Origin: Archaeoglobus sp. | Lineage (GTDB): Archaea > Halobacteriota > Archaeoglobi > Archaeoglobales > Archaeoglobaceae | Assembly: GCF_017656475.1 (NCBI RefSeq) | Contig: NZ_JACDNT010000002.1 | Coordinates: 33,160 to 97,159, forward strand | Length of the DNA stretch: 64,000 bases | Direction of reading: 5' to 3' | Shown here: positions 22,555 through 30,971 of the stretch, in pieces | How the letters are laid out: each line of letters opens with the position of its first letter | Numbering within the stretch: position 1 is the stretch's first letter | Notes under the pieces: model-generated | The model's input: only the letters and a program-made list of their open reading frames with translations | Database searches by the model: none | What the model was told of the DNA's origin: nothing | Made by a program: the position numbers and the translations under genes

Positions 22555-23640
22555 TCAGACCACGCCCAACTCCGCCAGCCTCTCTGGGAGATATACATCC
22601 GTAACATAATCCAGACCATACTTAGCCAGAGCCTGCTGCTCTGACTTCTTCTTTATCTCAAGCTGCAGGTTCACCTCCTTCTTCCAGAATTCGGAATCAA
22701 ATCGAGGATCAGTAAGTATTGCGTTCAACGCCTTGATATCCTCATCCGTCAGCTTGTCCGCTGGCAGATCGTACTTTACGATGTCCGTTGGCCTTATCCC
22801 CACAAACTGAGCTGCAGGAGTTGCAAGATACTCCGAGAGGTGGGCGGACTTTATACTCCCATAAGCCACGCTCGCAAAAATCCTGTAGCTCCAGGGATCT
22901 CCATCCGTAAACACAACCACTGGCAGATTGAGCTCGGTGTTGAGCCTCCTCAACAACCTGCGAGTGCTTCTTGCCGGCTGTCCCTTCAGGTGGACTATTA
23001 TCGCATTGTATTTTTCATCAAACCCGTTCTCTACAAGCCTGTCCCTCATACCGCCTGTCTCTATCGCTATCACGAACTTTGCGTCGTGGTCAACAAACTC
23101 AATCCTGTCAACGTTGACCGGAATCTGATATCCTCCCTCACCCACATCATCCTGACAGTGTATCTCCCTAACACCTCTCCTCGTCTCCTCCCTAACCCTG
23201 AGGGGCCCTATAACAGTGGCTCCATCCTCTTCAGGGCGGATGTGGAAGTGCTCCCTCTGGAAGTTCGTCAGAATTTCTAAATCCTCAACAAGCCTGTCGC
23301 TTTCAGGCTGCTCCTCGAATTTTGCCGCACCCCATCCCTCAGAGATGTAGTAAAGCTCTCTCAGGGTTGATGACTTGTTTAGGTTGAGCTGCTCCTTGAG
23401 AAAACCGATGACATAGGTCATCTTCAGGATTCTGTAAGCCCCCTTAACGGTCTTGGCAGATCTTACAGATTTTCTGTCACCGTAAACCCAAACCTCGCTC
23501 TCCTCATTAAACTCGATGTTGTGCTTAGTTCTCGTTGCGATATGAAGCTCAGGAACCTGCCCGGCTTTCATCTGATCATAAATGTTCTGCACTATACCGA
23601 TCAAAGCCTGCAGGCATCTTCGCTCGATTTCTCTCATCAT
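22555..23640 (-). CDS. top6A: DNA topoisomerase VI subunit A
   Basis: TLRELYY catalytic Tyr, IETGG, LKGQP, TDGDPW TOPRIM, EQQAL. Confidence 0.96.
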   Translation of the reverse strand: MMREIERRCLQALIGIVQNIYDQMKAGQVPELHIATRTKHNIEFNEESEVWVYGDRKSVRSAKTVKGAYRILKMTYVIGFLKEQLNLNKSSTLRELYYISEGWGAAKFEEQPESDRLVEDLEILTNFQREHFHIRPEEDGATVIGPLRVREETRRGVREIHCQDDVGEGGYQIPVNVDRIEFVDHDAKFVIAIETGGMRDRLVENGFDEKYNAIIVHLKGQPARSTRRLLRRLNTELNLPVVVFTDGDPWSYRIFASVAYGSIKSAHLSEYLATPAAQFVGIRPTDIVKYDLPADKLTDEDIKALNAILTDPRFDSEFWKKEVNLQLEIKKKSEQQALAKYGLDYVTDVYLPERLAELGVV

Positions 23641-23685
23641 TCTATCATTATCGCAACGGATTTATAGGCCTTACCAACACTCTCT

Positions 23686-24033
23686 TTGATGCTTTACATC
23701 AACACGTTTCTCGACAGAATAGGAGAGATTATTAGAGGAGAAAGAAGCGTTGAAGAGGCAGATGAGCTTCTGGAGCAGAAAAACATCCTCGAGATGTTCA
23801 AAAAAGATTGTGAGGAGATAATCAACCTCTACAAAAGCGGAAAGGCAGAGAAAGAGGAAGTTCAGAGGAACTTTTACCTCCTCAAGACGTATGTTGTTTC
23901 TCAGCTCGCAATTCACTTCGACAGGCTCAAGGAGTTTGCAGAAAGCAAAGGTGTGAGGATTGAGAAGAGGCTTGAACCGGAAGTGATAAACGAGATTGCC
24001 CTCTACATTGACAGGATCGAAAAGGAGATATGA
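23686..24033 (+). CDS. Small helical hypothetical protein (resembles A. fulgidus AF0941)
   Basis: Clean ORF, ATGA overlap with surE; family recalled from memory. Confidence 0.7.
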   Translation: MMLYINTFLDRIGEIIRGERSVEEADELLEQKNILEMFKKDCEEIINLYKSGKAEKEEVQRNFYLLKTYVVSQLAIHFDRLKEFAESKGVRIEKRLEPEVINEIALYIDRIEKEI

Positions 24034-24815
24034 AGATTCTGCTCACAAACGACGATGGGCTATATTCAGCAGGGCTCAAGGCTGCATACGAGGCATTGGA
24101 GCAGCTTGGAGAGGTCTTTGTCGTAGCTCCAGCCGTACAGAGGAGTGGAGTGGGGAGAAGCCTCTCCATAATGGAGCCGATAAGGGTCTCTGAGCTGAAA
24201 ATTAACGGAATGAAGATATATGCTGTGGATGGCACACCAACGGACTCGGTTATAATCGGCATGTACGAGATTATCGGCGAAATCCCCGACCTTACAGTTA
24301 GCGGGATAAACCTGGGCGAAAACCTCTCCACTGAGGCTGCAACGACGTCGGGAACTGTGGGTGCTGCTCTGGAAGCGGCAACTCACGGAAGCAGAACCAT
24401 CGCAATATCGCTGCAGATGCCGGACGTCAGCAAATTCGAACTAACGAGTAAGGCGGATTTTAGCTTCGCATCCAAGGTTCTGAAAGACCTCGCAAAGCTC
24501 GTGCTCGAAAAAGGACTGCCTGAGGGCGTTGACCTGCTGAACGTTAATGTCCCCGCAAGGCCGAACGGTAAAATTGCCGTAACAAGGCTTGCGAGAAGAA
24601 TGTACATTGTCAGCGTGGAGAAAAGGCTAGACCCGAGGGGCAGGGAGTACTACTGGATACATGGGGATGAAGTAGAGGACGCTGAGGAGGGGACGGATAT
24701 CCACGCCCTTAGGCTCGGTTATGTTTCCGTAACCCCTCTCTCAATTGATTTAACCGCGAAAGTTGATTTTGGAAAGGTTGGAAGGTGGTTTAATGGCCTC
24801 GAATGGGAAGTATAA
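24030..24815 (+). CDS. surE: 5'/3'-nucleotidase SurE
   Basis: LLTNDDG, GTPTD, SGINLG.N, SGTVGAA.E. Confidence 0.95.
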   Translation: MKILLTNDDGLYSAGLKAAYEALEQLGEVFVVAPAVQRSGVGRSLSIMEPIRVSELKINGMKIYAVDGTPTDSVIIGMYEIIGEIPDLTVSGINLGENLSTEAATTSGTVGAALEAATHGSRTIAISLQMPDVSKFELTSKADFSFASKVLKDLAKLVLEKGLPEGVDLLNVNVPARPNGKIAVTRLARRMYIVSVEKRLDPRGREYYWIHGDEVEDAEEGTDIHALRLGYVSVTPLSIDLTAKVDFGKVGRWFNGLEWEV

Positions 24816-25470
24816 CGCTGCAAAGCTCGCGTTAGAGCTTGTTAAAGACGGGATGGTTTTGGGGATTGGTAGTGGTTCAACAGTCGAAATATTCCTGAAC
24901 CTGCTTGGGGAGAGGATAAAAAGAGAGGATATGGAGGTTTATGGAGTGCCAACTTCCTACCAGTCCTACTACGCAGCCATCAGAAACAGGGTAAGAGTTG
25001 TCGATCTGGTTGAATACGAACCAGAGTTGTGTATTGATGGAGCTGATCAGGTAGATGCTAAGATGAACTGCATTAAAGGTGGTGGAGGGGCATTGACGAG
25101 GGAGAAGATAGTTGCGAAGGCGAGTAAGAAGGTTGTGATAATCGTGGATGAGGGCAAGCTGGTTGAGAAACTTTCAATGCCCATCCCGGTTGAGGTCCTG
25201 CCCTTCGCCTACGGGTATGTGTCCAAAAAGTTGAAGGAGCTGGGAGCTGAAGTGAAACTCAGGCACGGGAGCGGCAAAGTTGGACCAGTTGTGACGGATA
25301 ACGGCAACTTTGTTTTGGATTGCGATTTCGGTGTACTGGAAGATGAAGCTGTTGAGGAAACGGAAGAAAGTGTGAAGCTCATAACCGGTATTGTTGAAAG
25401 CGGTATTTTCCCCAAAAAAATGATTGACCAGGTTATAGCTGGCTCATCGAACTCTACGAGGTTTTTATAG
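24793..25470 (+). CDS. rpiA: Ribose-5-phosphate isomerase A
   Basis: GIGSGST, DGADQ, IKGGGGAL.REK, TDNGN. Confidence 0.95.
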   Translation: MASNGKYNAAKLALELVKDGMVLGIGSGSTVEIFLNLLGERIKREDMEVYGVPTSYQSYYAAIRNRVRVVDLVEYEPELCIDGADQVDAKMNCIKGGGGALTREKIVAKASKKVVIIVDEGKLVEKLSMPIPVEVLPFAYGYVSKKLKELGAEVKLRHGSGKVGPVVTDNGNFVLDCDFGVLEDEAVEETEESVKLITGIVESGIFPKKMIDQVIAGSSNSTRFL

Positions 25471-25471
25471 G

Positions 25472-26530
25472 CTACCACTTGTCCTTTTTTCTCGAATTCA
25501 TTATGACAGCTATTGCTATTGCAACTAAGGCTACTCCACCACCTGCCACGGCAACTGTGGTTAGATCAGCATCAATCAGACTTTTCTCCCTGATTGATTT
25601 CTTAAGCTCCTCGACTTCCAGCTTCAGCGAAGAAAGAGAATCCTTAATCTCGTTTATTTTTGTATCTGCAGTGGTAAACTTCCCTTCGTTAACCAGCCTC
25701 TCCACCTCATCTATTGCCTCATCAACACTGCCAATGTTTGAGTACAACTCCTCGTATCTGGCCTTAACCTCCTCATAGTTCTCGATCCTGTCTCTCTCGT
25801 TTTCGACTCTGTACTGAATGAGAATGAGTTCTTTGTTGATTTCAGTGAGCGAAGCTTTCAGCTCGTCGATTTTGGACTGGTAGGATTTCATATTGCTGCT
25901 AACGTAGCACTCCTCAACAGCATCCTCTATATCTTCCATCAATTCCTCAGCATCCCTGTACTTTTCATCATTGTAAAGCAGCTTGGCCTCCTTCAGCTTT
26001 TTCTCATCGGCACACTCTGCATCTTCAAAATTCCTTATGTCTGAGTAAAATTTCTGCTTGTTCACAACCGTAATTTCCAGTCCGATTAGCTCTTCTTCCT
26101 CAGTCTCCACTTTCAGCACCGTCAGGTTTTCAAGCCTTGAGTCGATTACCGGCACATATCCAGAAACTGTCAAAGCAATTTCATCCACACCATCATCGCT
26201 TTCAGGGACAAAAATCTTGAGTTCTGTTTCACCCCCATCGGAGCTATACTCATCCTGAGGTGAGGGGTAGAGCACTTTCTTTCCATCCCGATACTCAACG
26301 ACAACTGCAAGCGCTGAGGAGTCAAGTTGGGTAAAAACATGATACTCCTGGTCGTCTGCCAGCTTGGCGTCGCTTGAGGAGTCGGGAGTTACTGTGCAGG
26401 TGAAATAGAGGTATTCTCCGCCGAAGTAGTAATCGTCGAATGTTTTGGAGCAGGAGTAGTCGAAGTCATAAGCTGAGGCTGTGGTAAATAGCAAAAGAAC
26501 AGGAAGAAGAATTAACGGAGCTCGTCCCAT
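25472..26530 (-). CDS. Membrane-anchored surface protein: beta domain, helical region, C-terminal TM
   Basis: Signal peptide, beta-rich N-domain, heptad-rich acidic helical region, TM helix, basic tail RKKDKW; paralog of the upstream gene. Confidence 0.8.
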   Translation of the reverse strand: MGRAPLILLPVLLLFTTASAYDFDYSCSKTFDDYYFGGEYLYFTCTVTPDSSSDAKLADDQEYHVFTQLDSSALAVVVEYRDGKKVLYPSPQDEYSSDGGETELKIFVPESDDGVDEIALTVSGYVPVIDSRLENLTVLKVETEEEELIGLEITVVNKQKFYSDIRNFEDAECADEKKLKEAKLLYNDEKYRDAEELMEDIEDAVEECYVSSNMKSYQSKIDELKASLTEINKELILIQYRVENERDRIENYEEVKARYEELYSNIGSVDEAIDEVERLVNEGKFTTADTKINEIKDSLSSLKLEVEELKKSIREKSLIDADLTTVAVAGGGVALVAIAIAVIMNSRKKDKW

Positions 26531-27702
26531 TTTCTTCTCCCTCCTCTGAACTTTATTGCTGCCACCACCACTACTACCCCAACAATGATGCCTGCAATGA
26601 TGTACAGCGGTGAAATTGGCAGTTCAATATTGAGTGATGGTAAGCTGAAGCCACCCTCCTCTGACTTCTCGTTTTCAATCTTTGTCTTAAGCTTGTCAAT
26701 ATTGCTCAAAAGGTCTTCAACCTGTGGTTTCAACTCCTTGAGCTTTTCGTAAGCATCAGAGTATTTTTTATCTTCTATCATCTGATTTGCATCGTCAAAC
26801 TGACTCTTCAGGCTATCATACTGACTTTTCAGTTCAGCGTAGGTTTCTACATAGGCGGTGTAGTTCTTGCTGTCAGCAACTTTGTTGAGAGCGACTTCTA
26901 CAACGCTCAGGTTCAGGTACGCTTTGTTGAGCATGTCCTCAACGTAATCCCTCTCAGTCTCGGCCTTTAGCTTGTTGGCCTGTGAAGCAATCTCGTCAAG
27001 CTTCTCCTCAGCCTCGCTTATCTTCTCATCCGCTTCAACATATTTTCCCTGAGACACGAGGCTTTCAGCACTCTCAAGGAGAGAGTATATCTCATCAAAA
27101 TCAGACTGGTTGTACTGCACTCCTGCCGATTCCAAGTCTGACTTAAGGGAATCTGCATCTTCCCTTACCTTTTGAATGTCCTCGCTGAACTTCTGTGTGT
27201 TCACAACCTTTATTTTCAGGGGTGGGAGCGCATCTTCCTCAGCCTCTTCGACTGAAACATTGACCACATCGATACTTTCCAGTCTTTCGGAAACAGAAGG
27301 TACTGTGCCAGACAAGTTCACTTCTATGCTTCTAACACCTTTCTTCTGTTCGTTGACATAAAAATATTTGACCTCAATTTTGACTTTATCATCATTCAGA
27401 AACTCTTCGGTCTTGCTTCCGAGGTAATAGTTGACTGCTATAATCCACTTCGTACTTTCGAGAGAAGTTTCGAAGGTGTAAGTACGTGGATTATCCCTCT
27501 CACCCCCAATTAACTCCATATCGTCATCCGTATTGGGAGTTATCCTGTATGTTACAGTAACTTCGTCTCCCGGCAAATAGTAATCCTTCCCTGGTTTTAT
27601 CTCGGTTTCAGGAGTGTCGAAGTTATCCTTTGTAAGGGTTTCAAGAGCTAGGGCTGGAGTAGCCAGTATGAGCAGGAGCAGTACTGCCACAATCTTCTTC
27701 AT
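26512..27702 (-). CDS. Membrane-anchored surface protein: beta domain, helical region, C-terminal TM
   Basis: Signal peptide MKKIVAVLLLLILATPALA, long helical region, TM, tail RRKWDELR. Confidence 0.8.
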   Translation of the reverse strand: MKKIVAVLLLLILATPALALETLTKDNFDTPETEIKPGKDYYLPGDEVTVTYRITPNTDDDMELIGGERDNPRTYTFETSLESTKWIIAVNYYLGSKTEEFLNDDKVKIEVKYFYVNEQKKGVRSIEVNLSGTVPSVSERLESIDVVNVSVEEAEEDALPPLKIKVVNTQKFSEDIQKVREDADSLKSDLESAGVQYNQSDFDEIYSLLESAESLVSQGKYVEADEKISEAEEKLDEIASQANKLKAETERDYVEDMLNKAYLNLSVVEVALNKVADSKNYTAYVETYAELKSQYDSLKSQFDDANQMIEDKKYSDAYEKLKELKPQVEDLLSNIDKLKTKIENEKSEEGGFSLPSLNIELPISPLYIIAGIIVGVVVVVAAIKFRGGRRKWDELR

Positions 27703-27740
27703 AAACAGAATACAGAACCGTAGCTTAAAAACTTTATCGT

Positions 27741-27768
27741 AAAATAAAAAAGGAAAAAATTTGGAGAA
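27741..27768 (-). terminator. U-rich terminator candidate after the S-layer-like gene
   Basis: Minus strand reads TTCTCCAAATTTTTTCCTTTTTTATTTT directly after the stop. Confidence 0.5.
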
Positions 27769-30675
27769 TTACTTTCTCCTCAGCAGGTATGCTACTGCCA
27801 GCAGTCCGGCAATTGCGAACACTGCCTCGAAGCCGGGCACTCCACCGCCCTGCTGTGGTGTTGTGGTTGTAACCGCGGTGGTTGTGGTCTCTTCAACGGC
27901 TGTGGTTGTTGTAACCGCGGTGGTTGTGGTCACGGCTGTGGTTGTTGTAACCGCGGTGGTTGTCGTAGCTGGTGCGGTTTCGAGGAGTTCGACTGTCTTG
28001 ATCACGAGCAAGTCATCGTGAGCAGTTTTTTCTCTAGCTAAGGACTCTGTCGGATCAAGATAATACACTTCTTTGATGTATTCTGTATCTATCTCATCTC
28101 TTGGAGTCTTAGCCGTGTCACGGACATACAACTTGTAGGTTCCTGGGCTATAACCAGCAGTCTCTATAGTAATCTCTCCGACGCCCTCTGAGTTAACTAC
28201 AACCTGGAAAACATCTTCGATGTTGTTTCCGGTAAATACTACCCAAATTCCGTCATAGCCTGAGATTTGCCTGTTCGTAGTTACCTTGATCTTCAAGGTG
28301 TCTCCAACTACTGGGGTTTCTGGTTCCAACGTCACATCGAGAGTCTGCTGCACCACTTCGATCAGTTTCTGAGTTTCGGCTGAATCAACTTCTTCATACT
28401 CCTGACCTGTGTAGATGAACAGTTTAACGGTTAGCACATAGAGACCCGGAACGAGTCCTTCATCAAGGCCCTCATCGTCAGCAATTTTGTCTAAATCAAG
28501 CGTAAACGTCGCTGTATTGTTGGCATCCAAGTCATACGCTGCATCGTCATAGTCTTTGTAATCTACATTAAGTCCTTCAAAGACGTACCCAACCTTCACT
28601 TTCTGGCGGTCACCAGGTTCAACAACTACTGAGACATCTGTCTCACCGTTGTACGGGAGGACTCCTGGCACTACTATCTCCTTTACCCACGGATCCTTAA
28701 CGACTATGGAGAACATCTTCTGAGCATCTGCTGCCCTATCGACATAATTTACTTGCCCATCAGTGATGTTTTCTGGTGCAACAAGATACACATAGTACGT
28801 TCCTGGATCAGCTTCTGCGTCAACATCCAATTCAAACTCTAAGTTGCCATCTTTATCTGCCATAACCTGGGCAGTATTTGGACACACGCCGTCATCAAGG
28901 TCTGCCTCTGACGCTACGTGTTCACTACCAAGATAGAAGTAGTCCTCTTCGTCAGAATAGATACACACGATTTGGTCAGGAGATGTTGTACCTGAGAATA
29001 CTAAGCTGTCGCCCCTGATTACGGTCGTCTTATCAACCGTAACATCCAGTATCTGCTTGACCACCTCAACTCTCACACTTGCAGTAAGTCCCAGCCCCAT
29101 AGTATCTTTTGCCTTAAACCTGTAGTCATGCAACTCTGCGTTGTAAGCTACATCAAATTTGAACTCGGCCTTACCTGTGGCGTCTACTCCCTGGGTGAAC
29201 ACACACTCATCCTCGCTGGAGTCATACCAGCCACCCATGTCTACACACAGATCATCTGGAGTATCGTTAGCGTATAGATCACCAAGGTCGTCCTCACTTA
29301 TTGTAAGATTTACTGGAGTATTGATCTTAAAGTTCGTTTGCACTATAATCTTGAAGGAGTCACCCCTGCTCACTGTGGGTTTATCAACCGATACCGTAAT
29401 TGTCCCCTCTTTCAGCTCCATTAGATCGACAATCTCATCCTCTGCAACTCCATCGCCATCCGCATCTATCCACACTTTCACTTTGTAGTAGCCAAGCTCA
29501 AGATCTCCTGGGACTTTGGTTCCAAAGCTATCTATCTTGAACTTGAATTCACCTCCCTCGTCGATGTACGCCATTATTGGACCTACCTTAAGCACATCAT
29601 CCATTGTTGTGATGTTCAACCAAGCTACATTTTCAGCACCGTTTTGAGTATACTTCAGTGTGAAGTTGTCATTCTTTGTACCACTCTTTGCGAGTGTTGC
29701 CTGACCAGTAATGACCAAGTCCGTTCCTTTCACATGGGTGTCGGGTACATTCAACTGGGTTATCTCAGCCTCGACAACACTAAATACGGCTGTAGCTTCT
29801 GATCTGTTCTCATTGTGTTTGTAGTTCACGTCAATCTTCGCTACATAGACTCCCTCTGGAAGGTCCGATGCAGGAACTTTTTCTGATATAACAGCCCAGA
29901 AAGGCGCAGCGGTTGCTATCATTGCATTGCTGGAGTTTCTTGCATACTCGCCCGCCTTAATTGGCACCCACCATGTATCGTCCCCACAGGCTTCACTGAG
30001 GGTGTGGTAGCCCCCTGCTGATGCGTTACACAGCTCGATGTACCTGTCGTTTCCTGTGACGAAGACCTTTATCTCCGAGACGGCGGTCGATGTGCTCATG
30101 GACGCTTCAACCTTAACCCAGTCACCGATGGCCACTGACGATTTGTCGACCGAAATGGAAACCTCAGGTTTCCCTGCAACTGGCGGGTTAACCTTGAATC
30201 CCAGATGTGTCGGATCTCCATTGGTAACATTATGACTATACCCCGAAGTTGTGTTGTAGACAAACGGGAACACGACATAGGTTCCAGAAACATCTGGTGT
30301 AAATTCCTTATTCAGCTCAGCCCCTTCACAGTCTACCTGAACCTTCAGTAAAGCATTATCAAGTAAGTCATCGTAGGTAGCATCACCAGCCCAGAAATCA
30401 ACGAAATCAGATGCCTTAACGACAACCAAGAACCTTGTTGTCTTACATGGGTCTTCTCCAGTTGATACCCACGAACCCGTTATAGTTACTGACTCACCGA
30501 GATTTATTTCATCGTCACTCAGCTTTAAATTCAGTAGATGTACTGGATCACCTACCGTTATGGGTCCATCATCCACTGTTACATTTTCTATACTCGGTGT
30601 AAGGGCCATCGCTGGAGTCACTGATATCACTAAAAGCGCCGCCATTATTACGCCTATTATTCCTAACCTTTTCAT
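27769..30675 (-). CDS. PGF-CTERM cell-surface glycoprotein (S-layer-like, multiple Ig-like domains)
   Basis: Signal peptide, acidic beta-rich repeats, many N-x-S/T sequons, Thr-rich linker, VPGFEAVFAIAGLLAVAYLLRRK sorting signal. Confidence 0.9.
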   Translation of the reverse strand: MKRLGIIGVIMAALLVISVTPAMALTPSIENVTVDDGPITVGDPVHLLNLKLSDDEINLGESVTITGSWVSTGEDPCKTTRFLVVVKASDFVDFWAGDATYDDLLDNALLKVQVDCEGAELNKEFTPDVSGTYVVFPFVYNTTSGYSHNVTNGDPTHLGFKVNPPVAGKPEVSISVDKSSVAIGDWVKVEASMSTSTAVSEIKVFVTGNDRYIELCNASAGGYHTLSEACGDDTWWVPIKAGEYARNSSNAMIATAAPFWAVISEKVPASDLPEGVYVAKIDVNYKHNENRSEATAVFSVVEAEITQLNVPDTHVKGTDLVITGQATLAKSGTKNDNFTLKYTQNGAENVAWLNITTMDDVLKVGPIMAYIDEGGEFKFKIDSFGTKVPGDLELGYYKVKVWIDADGDGVAEDEIVDLMELKEGTITVSVDKPTVSRGDSFKIIVQTNFKINTPVNLTISEDDLGDLYANDTPDDLCVDMGGWYDSSEDECVFTQGVDATGKAEFKFDVAYNAELHDYRFKAKDTMGLGLTASVRVEVVKQILDVTVDKTTVIRGDSLVFSGTTSPDQIVCIYSDEEDYFYLGSEHVASEADLDDGVCPNTAQVMADKDGNLEFELDVDAEADPGTYYVYLVAPENITDGQVNYVDRAADAQKMFSIVVKDPWVKEIVVPGVLPYNGETDVSVVVEPGDRQKVKVGYVFEGLNVDYKDYDDAAYDLDANNTATFTLDLDKIADDEGLDEGLVPGLYVLTVKLFIYTGQEYEEVDSAETQKLIEVVQQTLDVTLEPETPVVGDTLKIKVTTNRQISGYDGIWVVFTGNNIEDVFQVVVNSEGVGEITIETAGYSPGTYKLYVRDTAKTPRDEIDTEYIKEVYYLDPTESLAREKTAHDDLLVIKTVELLETAPATTTTAVTTTTAVTTTTAVTTTTAVEETTTTAVTTTTPQQGGGVPGFEAVFAIAGLLAVAYLLRRK
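27863..27965 (-). repeat. Tandem ~18-bp repeats encoding (AVTTTT)n
   Basis: gtaaccgcggtggttgt occurs three times, alternating with acggctgtggttgtt. Confidence 0.85.
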
Positions 30676-30738
30676 ACTTCTCTACCTCCTTTTCTCACCT
30701 TTCATCTCACCTTCCACTATATAAATTCTCCCATTCTT

Positions 30739-30778
30739 TGGCGGCGGGAAAGCTACAGCATCAGCTAACCCGCCGCCA
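30739..30778 (-). promoter_or_regulatory. GC-rich 5'-terminal hairpin in the leader of the S-layer-like mRNA
   Basis: tggcggcggg (30739-48) and cccgccgcca (30769-78) form a perfect 10-bp inverted repeat, with an inner AGCT/AGCT stem. Confidence 0.7.
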
Positions 30779-30800
30779 CCGTAATTTAATGGTCACTACA

Positions 30801-30816
30801 TATATTTAAACCTTTT
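30801..30816 (-). promoter_or_regulatory. BRE-TATA promoter of the S-layer-like gene
   Basis: Minus strand AAAAGG-TTTAAATATA, about 30 nt upstream of the hairpin 5' end. Confidence 0.65.
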
Positions 30817-30971
30817 GCTTATGAAAGGGGATATTGTAACAATCGATTGCTACTGAGAACAGGTTGAGGTTAAAGGAGAAGGTAGGTTTTCTGAAACCTT
30901 TCGAACTTGCTTTGAGGATTTGGATGTGGCAGAAAGGTGGACTAAAAAGCAAATTAAAAAATTAAAATCAA

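Noticed and set aside
30682-30705. In-frame TAG between the uORF and the surface-protein ATG as pyrrolysine readthrough
   Set aside because: No pyl genes are visible, and the downstream ATG has its own SD and a complete signal peptide
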